Assembly: GCA_963520375.1 (NCBI GenBank)
Contig: CAUQQF010000002.1
Span: 12,577 to 76,576 of the forward strand
DNA from: an uncultured Flavobacteriaceae bacterium
GTDB taxonomy: Bacteria; Bacteroidota; Bacteroidia; Flavobacteriales; Weeksellaceae
DNA length: 64,000 nt
Direction of reading: 5' to 3'
Shown: piece by piece, positions 18,684 to 29,495 of the stretch
How the letters are laid out: each line of letters opens with the position of its first letter
Position numbering within the stretch: the stretch's first letter is position 1
Notes under the pieces: generated by a model
Databases searched by the model: none
The model's input: only the letters and a program-made list of their open reading frames with translations
What the model was told of the DNA's origin: nothing
Program-made: the position numbers and the translations under genes

Positions 18684-19700
18684 TTAGTTTAGCTTTTGAA
18701 CAAGTTTTGTAAATTCTTCTTCGCAGTTTTTCTCTTCGTAAAGAATTCTATAAATATGCTGCACGATAGGAGCATCTATTTTATTGTTTTTAATAATCTG
18801 ATAAATACCATTAGTAGCGTAGTAGCCCTCTGCCACCATGCTCATAGACTGGATAGCAGATTTCACGGTGTAGCCCTTCCCGATGTAGTTCCCAAACATT
18901 CTGTTTCTACTGAACAGCGAGTAAGCTGTAACGAGCAAATCCCCGATGTACGAACTTTCATTAACATCTCTTGGCTCTGGATATACTGCATCTAGAATTC
19001 TTTCCAACTCCCGAACAGCATTAGAAATATACACCGCTTGGAAATTATCCCCATAGCCCAGTCCATTCGCCATTCCTGCGCCTATCGCATAGATATTTTT
19101 GAGAACTGCACTGTATTCATTTCCGAGAATATCATTACTTTGGTTAATTCTTATATATCGTGAAGACAACAAGTCGCTCAGCATCTGAGTAGTTTCCTTG
19201 TTGGCAGCTGCCACAGTAAGGAAAGACAAGCGCTCCATGGCAACCTCTTCGGCGTGGCAGGGCCCTGCTAGAACTGCTTGGCTTCCGTATCCTATTTTGA
19301 ATGTATCACGGAGATAATTTGCCACAATATCATTATGCTTTGGAACAATTCCTTTAATCACCGAAGCAAATATCTTCCCTAAATAATCACAAGTCATCTT
19401 CTCTATAGTATCTGCCAAATAGATAGATGGCGTTGCTAGAATAATCACATCGCAGGCTGTCACCAACTCATTGATATCCATTGTCAAAACCAATCGGTCT
19501 GGGTTAAATTTCACTGCCGTGAGATAGTGTGGATTGCTCCCTTGCGAAACCAGCGCTTCCCTTGTGCCGTCATTACGAAGTAGCCAATGAACTTTTTCGC
19601 AGTTTTCCATCAGCATTTTTACTACTGCGGTGGCGAAACTACCACTTCCGATAACACCTACTTTTGGTAAATTTTTGTTCTCAGTCATATCGTTTTTCAT
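18684..19700 (-). CDS. gpsA: NAD(P)H-dependent glycerol-3-phosphate dehydrogenase
   Basis: 338 aa. Rossmann motif VGVIGSGSFATA. GpsA-like length and core. Confidence 0.9.
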   Translation of the reverse strand: MKNDMTENKNLPKVGVIGSGSFATAVVKMLMENCEKVHWLLRNDGTREALVSQGSNPHYLTAVKFNPDRLVLTMDINELVTACDVIILATPSIYLADTIEKMTCDYLGKIFASVIKGIVPKHNDIVANYLRDTFKIGYGSQAVLAGPCHAEEVAMERLSFLTVAAANKETTQMLSDLLSSRYIRINQSNDILGNEYSAVLKNIYAIGAGMANGLGYGDNFQAVYISNAVRELERILDAVYPEPRDVNESSYIGDLLVTAYSLFSRNRMFGNYIGKGYTVKSAIQSMSMVAEGYYATNGIYQIIKNNKIDAPIVQHIYRILYEEKNCEEEFTKLVQKLN

Positions 19701-19720
19701 TTAAGTGACAAAGGTAAAGA

Positions 19721-19752
19721 AAAAAATCCTTCAAATTTGAAGGATTTTATTT
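19721..19752 (-). terminator. rho-independent terminator between clpB and gpsA
   Basis: aaaatccttca-aatt-tgaaggatttt, an 11-bp perfect stem flanked by A and T runs. Confidence 0.7.
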
Positions 19753-19869
19753 TTGGATTTACACATTTAAAACAACCATTTAGACCCGCCATAAGGATTC
19801 TATGAAAAAGATCAATAACAAGGTTGGATTATTCAGCAGGTCTAAATGGTCTTTATAACATTATAACAA

Positions 19870-22458
19870 TTACTCAGTAGGTCTGAAAACCAGCTTATTA
19901 TCAAAACAATCTACTGTCACTCTCTCGCCTTCTTTTACATTTCCAGCCAAAATCTCTTTTGAGAGTTTATTCAGAACTTCCTGCTGTACTACTCGTTTCA
20001 GTGGTCTAGCTCCAAATGCTGGGTCGTAGCCTTTTTTCAGAATGAAATCTATCGCTTCCTGCGTTGCAGTCAAGATGATATTTCTGCTTTCCAGCATTTT
20101 GTTGATTCCTCTTAGTTGGAACTGAACGATTTTCCCGATTTCATTGTAGTTCAATGGTTGGAACAGTACTATTTCATCTATTCTGTTGAGAAACTCTGGT
20201 CGTAGAGTTTGTTTCAACAGGTCAAATACCTCTTCTTTTGTTTTCTCTACGATTTCAGTTAAATTACTTTCATTGATTTTCTCAAAATTCTCCTGAATGA
20301 TGTGAGAACCAAGGTTAGAAGTCATGATAATAATGGTATTTTTAAAATTCACCACGCGCCCTTTGTTGTCTGTCAATCGCCCGTCATCCAACACTTGAAG
20401 CAAGGTATTGAACACATCTGGGTGCGCTTTTTCCACCTCATCCAGAAGCACCACAGAATATGGTCTTCTTCTCACTGCCTCTGTCAGCTGTCCACCCTCA
20501 TCATAGCCCACATATCCCGGAGGCGCTCCTACCAATCTAGAAACGGAGTGTTTCTCCTGATATTCAGACATATCGATACGGGTCATATTATTTTCATCAT
20601 CAAATAAGAACTCCGCCAAGGCTTTCGCTAACTCGGTTTTACCAACTCCCGTAGTTCCGAGGAAAAGGAAAGACCCGATAGGTTTTTTCTCATCGTTCAG
20701 CCCTGCTCTGTTTCTTCGGATAGCATCGGCTACGGATTGTATCGCCTCCTCTTGCCCTACTACTCTTTTATGGAGTTCATCCTCCAAATGAAGCAGTTTT
20801 TCTCTTTCGGACTGAAGTAGTTTAGTCACTGGAATTCCTGTCCATTTCGCCACCACTTCAGAAATGTTTTCTGCGGTAACTTCCTCTTTCACTAGCTCAT
20901 TTTGCTGATTCTGCATCGCCAATTCCAACTTTTGAAGCTCATCCTCCTTGTCGCGGAGTTTTCCATATTGTATCTCCGAAACTTTTGCATAATCACCCAT
21001 ACGCTGAGCTCTTTCGGCTTCTAGTTTTAGGCTTTCAATATCTTTTTTAATCTGAGTCAAATCCTCGGATTTCTGCTTTTCGCTGAGCCATTTTGCATTG
21101 ATTTGGTTTCGCTCTTCTGTGATTTTTGCAATATCTTCTTTCAGATGGTCTATTTTAGTCTGGTTGCCCTCTCTGGAAATTGCCGCCAGCTCTATCTCCA
21201 TCTGCATAAGTTTTCTGTCTAAAACATCCAATTCCTCTGGTTTGGAATTGATTTCCATTCTTAATTTTGCAGAAGCCTCATCAATTAAGTCAATGGCTTT
21301 GTCTGGTAAAAATCTATCCGAAATATATCGCTGAGACATTTCTACCGCCGCGATGATGGCTTCATCTTTTATTCTAATCTTGTGGTGGAATTCATACTTG
21401 TCTTTGATTCCACGAAGAATAGAAATTGCTGATTCTGTGTCTGGCTCTTCCACGATTACTTTTTGGAAACGGCGTTCCAGAGCCTTGTCTTTCTCAAAGT
21501 ATTTTTGATACTCATTAAGCGTTGTCGCACCGATGGAACGAAGCTCTCCTCTCGCCAAAGCTGGTTTCAGGATATTCGCAGCATCCATCGCTCCCTCGCC
21601 GCCGCCTGCTCCTACAAGGGTGTGAATTTCATCGATGAAAAGAATAATCTGCCCATCAGATTTCACCACTTCATTTACTACGGATTTTAGTCTTTCTTCG
21701 AACTCTCCTTTGTATTTCGCGCCAGCTATCAGTGCTCCCATGTCAAGTGAATAGAGCGTTTTGTCCATCAAGTTTTCTGGAACATCTCCACTGATGATTC
21801 TATGGGCTATTCCCTCAGCGATGGCGGTCTTACCAACACCAGGCTCACCGATGAGAATAGGGTTGTTCTTGGTTCTTCGCGAAAGAATCTGCAGCACTCT
21901 TCGGATTTCTTCATCTCGCCCGATTACTGGGTCTAATTTCCCTTCCGCTGCCAGTTCATTGAAGTTTTTAGCATATTTATTAAGCGATTGGTAAGTCTCT
22001 TCGGAACTCGCCGAAGTCGCTTTTGAACCTTTTCTAAGTTCTTTGATTCCTCCTTCCAAAAGGGATTTGGTCACGCCCATGTCTTTCAACATCTGCGAAA
22101 CGGAAGAACTCACCTCTAATAACGCCAGCCAAATATGCTCCAAAGTCACATACTCATCGCCCATTCTTTTAGCGATATTAGGTGCTTCCAGAAGAACTTT
22201 GCTGCCACTTTGAGAAAGGTAAATGTTTCCGCCTTCCACTTTTGGGAGGCTTTCTAAGGATTCTCTGTTTCTTTGTCTTATCAAGTTAAGGTCGGCTTCT
22301 GCTTTTTTCATCAGAAAAGCCGAGATATTCTCATCCACTTGGAAAATTCCTTCCAATAGATGCTGAGGTTCTATACTCTGGTTGCCAAAATCCAAAGCAA
22401 TCTGTTGTGCTTTCTGGATGGCTTCTTGTGATTTTACGGTATATTGATTTAGATTCAT
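19870..22458 (-). CDS. clpB: ATP-dependent chaperone ClpB
   Basis: 862 aa. Two AAA+ modules (GEPGVGKTA; GTTGVGKTE) separated by a long coiled-coil M-domain. Confidence 0.95.
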   Translation of the reverse strand: MNLNQYTVKSQEAIQKAQQIALDFGNQSIEPQHLLEGIFQVDENISAFLMKKAEADLNLIRQRNRESLESLPKVEGGNIYLSQSGSKVLLEAPNIAKRMGDEYVTLEHIWLALLEVSSSVSQMLKDMGVTKSLLEGGIKELRKGSKATSASSEETYQSLNKYAKNFNELAAEGKLDPVIGRDEEIRRVLQILSRRTKNNPILIGEPGVGKTAIAEGIAHRIISGDVPENLMDKTLYSLDMGALIAGAKYKGEFEERLKSVVNEVVKSDGQIILFIDEIHTLVGAGGGEGAMDAANILKPALARGELRSIGATTLNEYQKYFEKDKALERRFQKVIVEEPDTESAISILRGIKDKYEFHHKIRIKDEAIIAAVEMSQRYISDRFLPDKAIDLIDEASAKLRMEINSKPEELDVLDRKLMQMEIELAAISREGNQTKIDHLKEDIAKITEERNQINAKWLSEKQKSEDLTQIKKDIESLKLEAERAQRMGDYAKVSEIQYGKLRDKEDELQKLELAMQNQQNELVKEEVTAENISEVVAKWTGIPVTKLLQSEREKLLHLEDELHKRVVGQEEAIQSVADAIRRNRAGLNDEKKPIGSFLFLGTTGVGKTELAKALAEFLFDDENNMTRIDMSEYQEKHSVSRLVGAPPGYVGYDEGGQLTEAVRRRPYSVVLLDEVEKAHPDVFNTLLQVLDDGRLTDNKGRVVNFKNTIIIMTSNLGSHIIQENFEKINESNLTEIVEKTKEEVFDLLKQTLRPEFLNRIDEIVLFQPLNYNEIGKIVQFQLRGINKMLESRNIILTATQEAIDFILKKGYDPAFGARPLKRVVQQEVLNKLSKEILAGNVKEGERVTVDCFDNKLVFRPTE

Positions 22459-22522
22459 AATTCTTTATTTTAAAAGTTATCTGAAATCTAAATTGCAAAA
22501 ACCATTCTACTACATAAAACAA

Positions 22523-22612
22523 GACAAAATTTCCGAAAATGATTTAAAAACGATATTTTTAACCTGACAAAATTTCCTAATATTGGTTTTTATAAGCAAA
22601 ATCAGGAAATTT
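22523..22612. repeat. three copies of a GGAAATTT(TGTC) motif upstream of clpB
   Basis: gacaaaatttcc at 22523-22534 and 22566-22577 (identical 12-mers 43 bp apart, both preceded by aacNN). An inverted ggaaattt sits at 22605-22612. Confidence 0.4.
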
Positions 22613-22624
22613 ATTCAATCTTTT

Positions 22625-24415
22625 TTAGCTGTTAAAATGCTCCCAAACTGCTTTTGCTTTGGATTTTCCTAAAATTTCTTCCAGCGTTTCCAGCGAGGCT
22701 TCTTTTATTCTTTTTACAGATTTTAATTTAGATAAAAGCTGCTGGATGGTTTTCTCGCCTACACCAGGGATTTCCTCCAATTCTGATTTTATTGTAGAAT
22801 TTTTCCTTCTCGTGCGGTGATGCTTTACACCGAAACGATGCGACTCATCCCGAACCCGCTGGAGAACCTTCAAAGTCTCAGATTTTTTATCTAAATACAA
22901 TGGAACTGGATCTTCGGGAAAGAAAATTTCTTCCAATCTTTTCGCTATTCCGATGATGGAAATTTTCCCATATAACCCAAGAAGTTTCAAGCTTTTCACC
23001 GCAGAACTGAGCTGACCTTTTCCGCCGTCTATCAAAATCAGCTGCGGTAGTGGTTCGCCCTCATCTAAAAGCCTGCTGTATCGGCGATAGATGACTTCTT
23101 CCATCGTAGCAAAATCATTCGGACCTTCCACTGTTTTTACATGAAAAATCCGATAATCTGCCTTGCTGGGCTTCCCATCTTTGAAAACCACACACGCCGA
23201 AACGGGATTTGTCCCTTGAATATTAGAATTGTCAAAACCTTCTATATGCCGCGGCTCTTCGGGAAGTCTGAGGAGTTTTTTCATCTCCGCCATGATGCGG
23301 TTGGTATGTCTTTCTGGGTCTACTATCTGCACCTGCTTGAGTTTTTCCACGCGGTATTCCATTGCGTTTTTCTCGGAAAGCTCTACGATACGCTTTTTGT
23401 CGCCCAGTTTAGGAACTATGAGTTTCACATGCGGAATTTCTATATTGAGATGAAACGGAAGAAAAATTTCCGTAGAAGTAGAATTAAATTTATTTCTAAT
23501 CTCTATCAGGGCTTCTTCCAATATTTCTTCATCGGTTTCGTCCAGCATTTTTTTGATTTCTGTGGTGTAGGACTGAATAATAGAACCGTTTTTAATTTTG
23601 AAATAATTGACATAAGCCGCCGCTTCATCACTGATAATACCGAAGACATCCACATCGTTTATATTGGAACTTACGATGGTGGTATGGGTCTGGTAATTTT
23701 CTAAAATCTGCAATTTTTCCTTGCTCTGCTGGGCGTTTTCAAATTCCAGTTTTGCGGCGTAATTGTACATTTCAGCTTCTAAATATTCCCTCGCTGCCTT
23801 GAATTCACCTTTGATAATTCCACGAATGGCGTTTAGCTTTTGGGCGTATTCTTCCTCAGATTCTAGTCCTTCGCAAGGGCCGGCACAGTTTTTAATATGG
23901 TATTCTAGACAGACTTTGTATTTCCCTTCTTCTATATTTTTGGGAGAGAGATTCAGGCTGCAAGTTCTGAGTTTATAGATGTTTTTGATAACTTCTATCA
24001 GCGTTTTCGCCTGTTTTACTTTCGCATAAGGGCCGTAGTATTCTGAGCTGTCTTTGATGACATTTCTCGTTAAAAAAATCCGAGGAAAAGGCTCTTTTTT
24101 GATACAAATCCACGGATAGGACTTGTCATCTTTCAGCAGAATATTATAAAAAGGCTGATATTCTTTTATGAGGTTGTTTTCTAGAAGAAGCGCATCGTAT
24201 TCGCTATTAACCACGGTGGTTTCCAGCCTTACAATTTTAGAAACCATCATTCGGGTTTTGTAGCCAATCTGACTTTTATTAAAATAAGATAGAACCCTGT
24301 TTTTCAAGTTTTTAGCTTTCCCTACATACAAAATCTCACCCTTTTTATCGTAATAACGATAAACACCAGGCTCTGAAGGCAATGTTTTTAGCTGAAGTTC
24401 TAATTCTGAATGCAC
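22625..24415 (-). CDS. uvrC: excinuclease ABC subunit C
   Basis: 596 aa. GIY-YIG (GVYRYYDKKGEILYVGKAKNLKNR), UVR region, C-terminal HhH (IPGVGEKT). Confidence 0.95.
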   Translation of the reverse strand: MHSELELQLKTLPSEPGVYRYYDKKGEILYVGKAKNLKNRVLSYFNKSQIGYKTRMMVSKIVRLETTVVNSEYDALLLENNLIKEYQPFYNILLKDDKSYPWICIKKEPFPRIFLTRNVIKDSSEYYGPYAKVKQAKTLIEVIKNIYKLRTCSLNLSPKNIEEGKYKVCLEYHIKNCAGPCEGLESEEEYAQKLNAIRGIIKGEFKAAREYLEAEMYNYAAKLEFENAQQSKEKLQILENYQTHTTIVSSNINDVDVFGIISDEAAAYVNYFKIKNGSIIQSYTTEIKKMLDETDEEILEEALIEIRNKFNSTSTEIFLPFHLNIEIPHVKLIVPKLGDKKRIVELSEKNAMEYRVEKLKQVQIVDPERHTNRIMAEMKKLLRLPEEPRHIEGFDNSNIQGTNPVSACVVFKDGKPSKADYRIFHVKTVEGPNDFATMEEVIYRRYSRLLDEGEPLPQLILIDGGKGQLSSAVKSLKLLGLYGKISIIGIAKRLEEIFFPEDPVPLYLDKKSETLKVLQRVRDESHRFGVKHHRTRRKNSTIKSELEEIPGVGEKTIQQLLSKLKSVKRIKEASLETLEEILGKSKAKAVWEHFNS

Positions 24416-24496
24416 ATAGCAAAAGTAAAGAATAATTTTCTAAACAAGCAAAAAACCAAACATTATGATATTTTATCTGATTTTTCTTTTTGATTT

Positions 24497-25195
24497 TTAT
24501 CTCAGAAAAGCCATTAAATTAATCATTGAATGAAAAAGCAATCCCCAGATAAAACCTAATTTCAGTCTCTGCACAGAACAAATATACCCTGAAATCATTT
24601 GCGGAAGAGCATACACAGGATAGAGCAGCGCCAGTTCCAAATGCAGGTTTTCTATGTTAGCAATATGCAACAACCCAAAAAGAACAACAGACACCATTGT
24701 GACCATTTTCTGTCTTCTTCCTATGGCTGTTTCTATTTCAGGTTTTCGTTTCAGTAAATTAAAAACAAGAAAAGACAGCAATCCTGACACTACCAAAGAC
24801 ACCAGCAATAGCCAATCTATTTTGATAATATAATAAGTTTTATTCAATACCAAGAACGAAAAAACAAAAGTAAATATCGCGATATTTCTGCGCTTAGGGA
24901 CTAAAATCAACCTAAAAATAAGCTCTTCTACCAAAGGCCCTAAAATCACAACCATGAAAATACTATAATACCCTTTTATTTTCTTTTGGCTTTCTAACAT
25001 TAATTTAAAAACGGAAGCAAAACCCATTTTCTTTATTAAAAATTCATCCACCAAAAACATTAGCAATAAAACGCAAATCTGCAATACAAAATACAATAAT
25101 ATGCCCTTTGCAAAATATTTTATTTTTTGGATTAAAGGATATTGGTGTCTATAATCTATCTCCGATAATGAGTAAAACTTAAGCAGGTCTTTCAT
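24497..25195 (-). CDS. CPBP family intramembrane glutamic endopeptidase (CAAX/Abi-type)
   Basis: 232 aa, polytopic. Motifs GPLVEELIFR and FGLLH. Confidence 0.8.
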   Translation of the reverse strand: MKDLLKFYSLSEIDYRHQYPLIQKIKYFAKGILLYFVLQICVLLLMFLVDEFLIKKMGFASVFKLMLESQKKIKGYYSIFMVVILGPLVEELIFRLILVPKRRNIAIFTFVFSFLVLNKTYYIIKIDWLLLVSLVVSGLLSFLVFNLLKRKPEIETAIGRRQKMVTMVSVVLFGLLHIANIENLHLELALLYPVYALPQMISGYICSVQRLKLGFIWGLLFHSMINLMAFLR

Positions 25196-25298
25196 ATTTC
25201 ATTCAAATTGTGGCGAATTTAATTATTTGTCTATTCAAACACAATTTTAATAATAGAATTTCGTATTTTTATGGCTTTAATTTTAATAAAATTTAAAA

Positions 25299-26471
25299 AT
25301 GAGCGTAGTTTTTAACTCTATATTAGACAATGATTTTTACAAATTCACCATGCAATGCGCTGTGGTAAAGCTCTTTCCAGATGCGAGAGTGAAATATGAG
25401 TTCATCAACCGAGGGAAACATTCCTTCCCAGAAGGTTTCGATGATGCCCTCAGAAAAGCCATCAACGAAATGGCAAAACTCCAGCTTACCAAAGCAGAAA
25501 AAGAATTTTTAAAGAAAAACTGTCCATACCTCAATCTGCCTTATTTAGACTTTTTAGAAGGATACCACTATGACCCTTCCGAAGTGAAAATCAATCAGAT
25601 AGGAAACGATTTAGAAGTTACTGTAGAAGGACTCTGGTACAGAACCATACTTTGGGAAGTGCCACTGCTATCGCTCATCAGCGAACTTCATTATAAAATG
25701 AACGGTCTGGAACGCCAAAGTGATGATGAAATTACCCAAAAAACCTTAGAAAAAGCTAAAAACCTCATAGAACTAAAAGTAAATTTCGCGGAGTTCGGGA
25801 CACGAAGAAGACACTCCTACAAGGTTCATGATGTAGTGATGAAAGCCCTTACCCAAGATTCCAACAGCTATTTCATCGGTTCTTCCAATGTTCATTTTGC
25901 GATGAAATACGGCGTGAAACCTATCGGAACGCACGCCCATGAGTGGTTCATGTTCCATGGCGCGCAGTATGGCTTTAAGATGGCAAATGCACTTTCTCTG
26001 GAGCATTGGGTGGATGTTTACCGCGGCGATTTGGGAGTTGCCCTCTCGGACACTTATACTACTGATGTGTTTTTCAAGCAGTTTGATAAGAAATTCGCTA
26101 AACTTTTCGATGGCGTAAGACACGACAGTGGAGACCCGATAGCTTTCGCTGAGAAAACCATCAAACACTACGAAAAACACGGCATCAATCCTTTGTTTAA
26201 ATACATTATTTTCTCGGATAACCTGAATTTGGAGAAAATCTCCGAAATTACGCAAGCATGCCGAGGAAAAGTGGGACTTTCCTTTGGAATTGGAACAAAT
26301 CTGACCAATGATGTAGGACTCACGCCGATGAACATCGTAATGAAACTCACGGGAGTTTTGGGTGCAAATGATGAATGGATACCAACTGTGAAATTCTCCG
26401 ATGAAAAAGGAAAACAAACAGGCGACCCAAAAATGATAGAACTCGTCAAAGAGTCTCTAAGAATAAAATAA
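25299..26471 (+). CDS. pncB: nicotinate phosphoribosyltransferase
   Basis: 390 aa. N-terminal LDNDFYKFTMQ and FGTRRR motifs. Confidence 0.9.
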   Translation: MSVVFNSILDNDFYKFTMQCAVVKLFPDARVKYEFINRGKHSFPEGFDDALRKAINEMAKLQLTKAEKEFLKKNCPYLNLPYLDFLEGYHYDPSEVKINQIGNDLEVTVEGLWYRTILWEVPLLSLISELHYKMNGLERQSDDEITQKTLEKAKNLIELKVNFAEFGTRRRHSYKVHDVVMKALTQDSNSYFIGSSNVHFAMKYGVKPIGTHAHEWFMFHGAQYGFKMANALSLEHWVDVYRGDLGVALSDTYTTDVFFKQFDKKFAKLFDGVRHDSGDPIAFAEKTIKHYEKHGINPLFKYIIFSDNLNLEKISEITQACRGKVGLSFGIGTNLTNDVGLTPMNIVMKLTGVLGANDEWIPTVKFSDEKGKQTGDPKMIELVKESLRIK

Positions 26472-26500
26472 ACCACATAAAAAATGTGGTTTTATTTTTT
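26471..26500 (+). terminator. rho-independent terminator after pncB
   Basis: aaccacat-aaaaa-atgtggtt followed by a T-run. Confidence 0.75.
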
Positions 26501-26559
26501 TTCAAATAGATGTGTAACAAATCCTAAATTTTAATACTAATTAACTAAAAAATAAATCA

Positions 26560-27069
26560 ATGTCTTCATTAGAGCTGGAATTTTTGGGGAGAGTAGAAAA
26601 GCATAAAGGCGTGCTTTTCAAAATTTCCAAGATGTATATGGACGAGCCTGAAGACCAGAATGATTTGTTTCAGGAAATCACCTATCAGCTGTGGAAAGCC
26701 TATCCGAGTTTTGAGGAAAAAAGCAAATTTTCTACTTGGATGTATCGTGTAGCCCTTAATACTGCGATAGTTTTTCTGAAATCTGAAAAGAAAAGAGGAT
26801 TCATCTCTCGGGAAGAGGAAATTCAGAATTTTGACATCAAAAATGAAGAAACCGCCGAAGAAGAGTATAAAATAAAAATAATGTATGATGCCATCCACCT
26901 GCTGAGCCCGATAGACAAAGCGCTGATATTCTATTATTTAGAGGATTATTCTGGGAAGGAAATGGCGGAACAGCTGGGAATAACGGAAGGAAACTGCCGT
27001 GTAAAACTAAACCGCGCCAAACAAAAACTGAGTGACCTAGTAAACGAATTGATAAACAAAGAATCATAA
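26560..27069 (+). CDS. ECF-type RNA polymerase sigma-70 family factor
   Basis: 169 aa. Region 2 (DLFQEITYQLWKAY...FSTWMYRVALN) and region 4 HTH (SGKEMAEQLGITEGNCRVKLNRAKQKL). Confidence 0.88.
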   Translation: MSSLELEFLGRVEKHKGVLFKISKMYMDEPEDQNDLFQEITYQLWKAYPSFEEKSKFSTWMYRVALNTAIVFLKSEKKRGFISREEEIQNFDIKNEETAEEEYKIKIMYDAIHLLSPIDKALIFYYLEDYSGKEMAEQLGITEGNCRVKLNRAKQKLSDLVNELINKES

Positions 27070-27089
27070 AAATTTAATAAAAAAATCTG

Positions 27090-27875
27090 ATGGATTTAGA
27101 AAACTTAAAACAAGTGTGGGATAAGGAAAAAATAGAATCCGTTCCCGAAATTTCCTTGGAAAAACAAAAAGAAATTCATACGCCTCTGGAAATAATTCGG
27201 ATGAATATGCGGACAGAATTTTGGATAAGTATTGTTTCTTTTCCTTTGTGGGCTGCACTGCTTCTTCTGACAGGAAAGGATACTATGCAGATATATCTAC
27301 TTATTATGCTGATATTTATAGCACTTATAATCATGGGATATTATTATCTGAAATTCTATACTTTTTATAAAAAACTGAATACCAAAAGTCTTAATACCTA
27401 TCATAATATTTTGGATTTAAGGTATGAATTGGTTTTAAATTCAGAGCTTTATAAATCTTTTTATACCGCTTTCATTCCCATTATGTTAGGTTTGTTTTCT
27501 ATTTTATTTTTGGATAGCAAGAATTTTGACCTCACTTTTTTTACCATACTATCTTTATCATTCTGCGTGGGTATATATTCTACAGGAAAATACTGGCTGT
27601 ATGAGAATTATGGAAAATACATCCAGAAAATTTCTAAAATCGTAGCCGAAATCACAGGCGAAGAAGATGGTTTTGAATATGATAGAAGTTTCCTGAAAAT
27701 CCAAAAAGAATCCGTTTTCTTACAAAAGATGAGAAATTTCTGCAATGAAAAATTCGGAAAATATGGTCAAACAGCCTATATTATATTTCTTCTAATTTTA
27801 GTATTTTTAATCTCGTTTTTAGTAGGAATTTGTGTTGTGATTTTACACATTATATTAACAAATTACATCCACTAA
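27090..27875 (+). CDS. hypothetical polytopic membrane protein (possible anti-sigma partner)
   Basis: 261 aa, about 5 TM. Starts 20 nt after the sigma gene on the same strand. Confidence 0.55.
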   Translation: MDLENLKQVWDKEKIESVPEISLEKQKEIHTPLEIIRMNMRTEFWISIVSFPLWAALLLLTGKDTMQIYLLIMLIFIALIIMGYYYLKFYTFYKKLNTKSLNTYHNILDLRYELVLNSELYKSFYTAFIPIMLGLFSILFLDSKNFDLTFFTILSLSFCVGIYSTGKYWLYENYGKYIQKISKIVAEITGEEDGFEYDRSFLKIQKESVFLQKMRNFCNEKFGKYGQTAYIIFLLILVFLISFLVGICVVILHIILTNYIH

Positions 27876-28000
27876 ATGAGTGCATTAAATAATTAGAATA
27901 AAAAAATATAATCTTTTTTGTAACAATTTCTAATTAAAATACACTAATTGTAAAAATTCATTCATATATTATAACCTGTCAAAGTCTCTAAACCATAGTT

Positions 28001-29464
28001 TTAGGGATTTTGTTTTTTCTCCCAAAAATCAGCATTCTTGATATTTAGCTCCTTAACATCAAAAGTTGGTTTTTCTATTCCATTTTTCTTTTGTGTTTTA
28101 TAGTCTTTCCATACTTTCAGTGCGGTATTTCCCAGCAGTAAAATCGCTATAATGTTCACCCACGCCATCAACCCAGACCCTACATCTGCTATTATCCACG
28201 CCATTTTAGCCTCTCGCACACTTCCCATATACACTCCTATGAGAAAAACGATTCTTAAAACAAAAATAGCCAAATGGTGATATTTAGAGCAGACAATAAA
28301 GGTAAGATTGGTCTCTGCATAGTAGTAATAAGCCATTATAGTAGTAAAAGCGAAGAAAAAGAGTGCTATCGCTACGAACTCATTCCCAAACGAAGGAAAA
28401 TGAGAAGAAATCGCAGACTGAGTAAAACCTGTATAATCCAAGCCCTTTACATGTTCTACCACCATCATTTTAGTTTGCTCATCAATTACATTATACTGAT
28501 TTGTAAACAAAATCATAAATGCCGTAGTAGTACAAACAAAAAGAGTATCTATATACACAGAAAACGCCTGTACCAGTCCCTGCTCTGCCGGATGGATAAC
28601 CTCTGATGCCGCCGCTGCATGAGGCCCTGTTCCCTGCCCTGCTTCATTGGAATAAATTCCTCTTTTCACTCCCCAAGCAATGGCACTTCCTAAAACACCC
28701 CCAAAAATAGCATCCTGCCCAAAAGCCGAAGAAATAATTGTAGAAAATACTTCTGGAATTCTATGAAAATTAAGAATAATGATAATCAGCCCCACCAAAA
28801 TATAAGCTCCCGCCATCAAGGGAACTATCGTTTCTGAAGCATGCCCCAGTCTTTTGACTCCTCCAAATATTATCACCACTAAAAGCCCTACAACTACTAC
28901 CCCAAAAATATTCATAGGAATAAAATAATCTGTCTGAGTAACTATCCCAAAGGCATTATTCATAGACTGTGCTATACTATTACTCTGAACCCCTGGCAAA
29001 AGAAACCCACAGCATACCACCGCAATCACAGCAAAAAGAACAGCATACCACTTTATCCCTAGCCCTTTTTCTATGTAATAGGCGGGCCCTCCACGGTATT
29101 CGCCGTCTATTTCTCTTTTATAAACCTGCCCCAATGTAGACTCTACAAATGCCGATGCGGAACCCAAAATCGCAATCAGCCACATCCAAAATATAGACCC
29201 AGGCCCTCCCATGGCAATCGCTGTGGCAACTCCCACAATATTACCCGTTCCTACACGCCCTGAAATAGCCAAAGAAAACGCCTGAAAAGAAGACAATCCC
29301 TTCTCTGATTCTTTCTCCTGAAAAAGTAACCTCAGCATTTCCCTTACTTGGGTAAACTGAGGAAAACCGAGTCTAATAGAGAAGTAAATTCCCGTGAAAA
29401 CACATAATACGATAAAGACATCGGACCAAATAAGCCCAGCTATCTTTTCTACCAATTGTTCCAT
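28001..29464 (-). CDS. alanine/glycine:cation symporter (AGCS family)
   Basis: 487 aa, polytopic. AGCS signature region GRVGTGNIVGVATAIAMGGPGSIFWMW. Confidence 0.88.
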   Translation of the reverse strand: MEQLVEKIAGLIWSDVFIVLCVFTGIYFSIRLGFPQFTQVREMLRLLFQEKESEKGLSSFQAFSLAISGRVGTGNIVGVATAIAMGGPGSIFWMWLIAILGSASAFVESTLGQVYKREIDGEYRGGPAYYIEKGLGIKWYAVLFAVIAVVCCGFLLPGVQSNSIAQSMNNAFGIVTQTDYFIPMNIFGVVVVGLLVVIIFGGVKRLGHASETIVPLMAGAYILVGLIIIILNFHRIPEVFSTIISSAFGQDAIFGGVLGSAIAWGVKRGIYSNEAGQGTGPHAAAASEVIHPAEQGLVQAFSVYIDTLFVCTTTAFMILFTNQYNVIDEQTKMMVVEHVKGLDYTGFTQSAISSHFPSFGNEFVAIALFFFAFTTIMAYYYYAETNLTFIVCSKYHHLAIFVLRIVFLIGVYMGSVREAKMAWIIADVGSGLMAWVNIIAILLLGNTALKVWKDYKTQKKNGIEKPTFDVKELNIKNADFWEKKQNP

Positions 29465-29495
29465 AGTTGTATTAATTTTATCTTGCTAATATCGT

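Noticed and set aside
19756-19869. 11-bp inverted repeat (ccatttagacc ... ggtctaaatgg) and an 18-codon ORF in the clpB 3' region as a small RNA or peptide gene.
   Set aside because: The arms are short with a ~50-nt loop, there is no promoter-like box, and the ORF is tiny. This cannot be distinguished from a chance 3'-UTR structure without comparative data.
24497-25195. CPBP/Abi-type protease as a bacteriocin-immunity or abortive-infection module.
   Set aside because: There is no bacteriocin, toxin or phage-defence partner gene on either side (uvrC and pncB flank it). It is a stand-alone housekeeping-type paralog.
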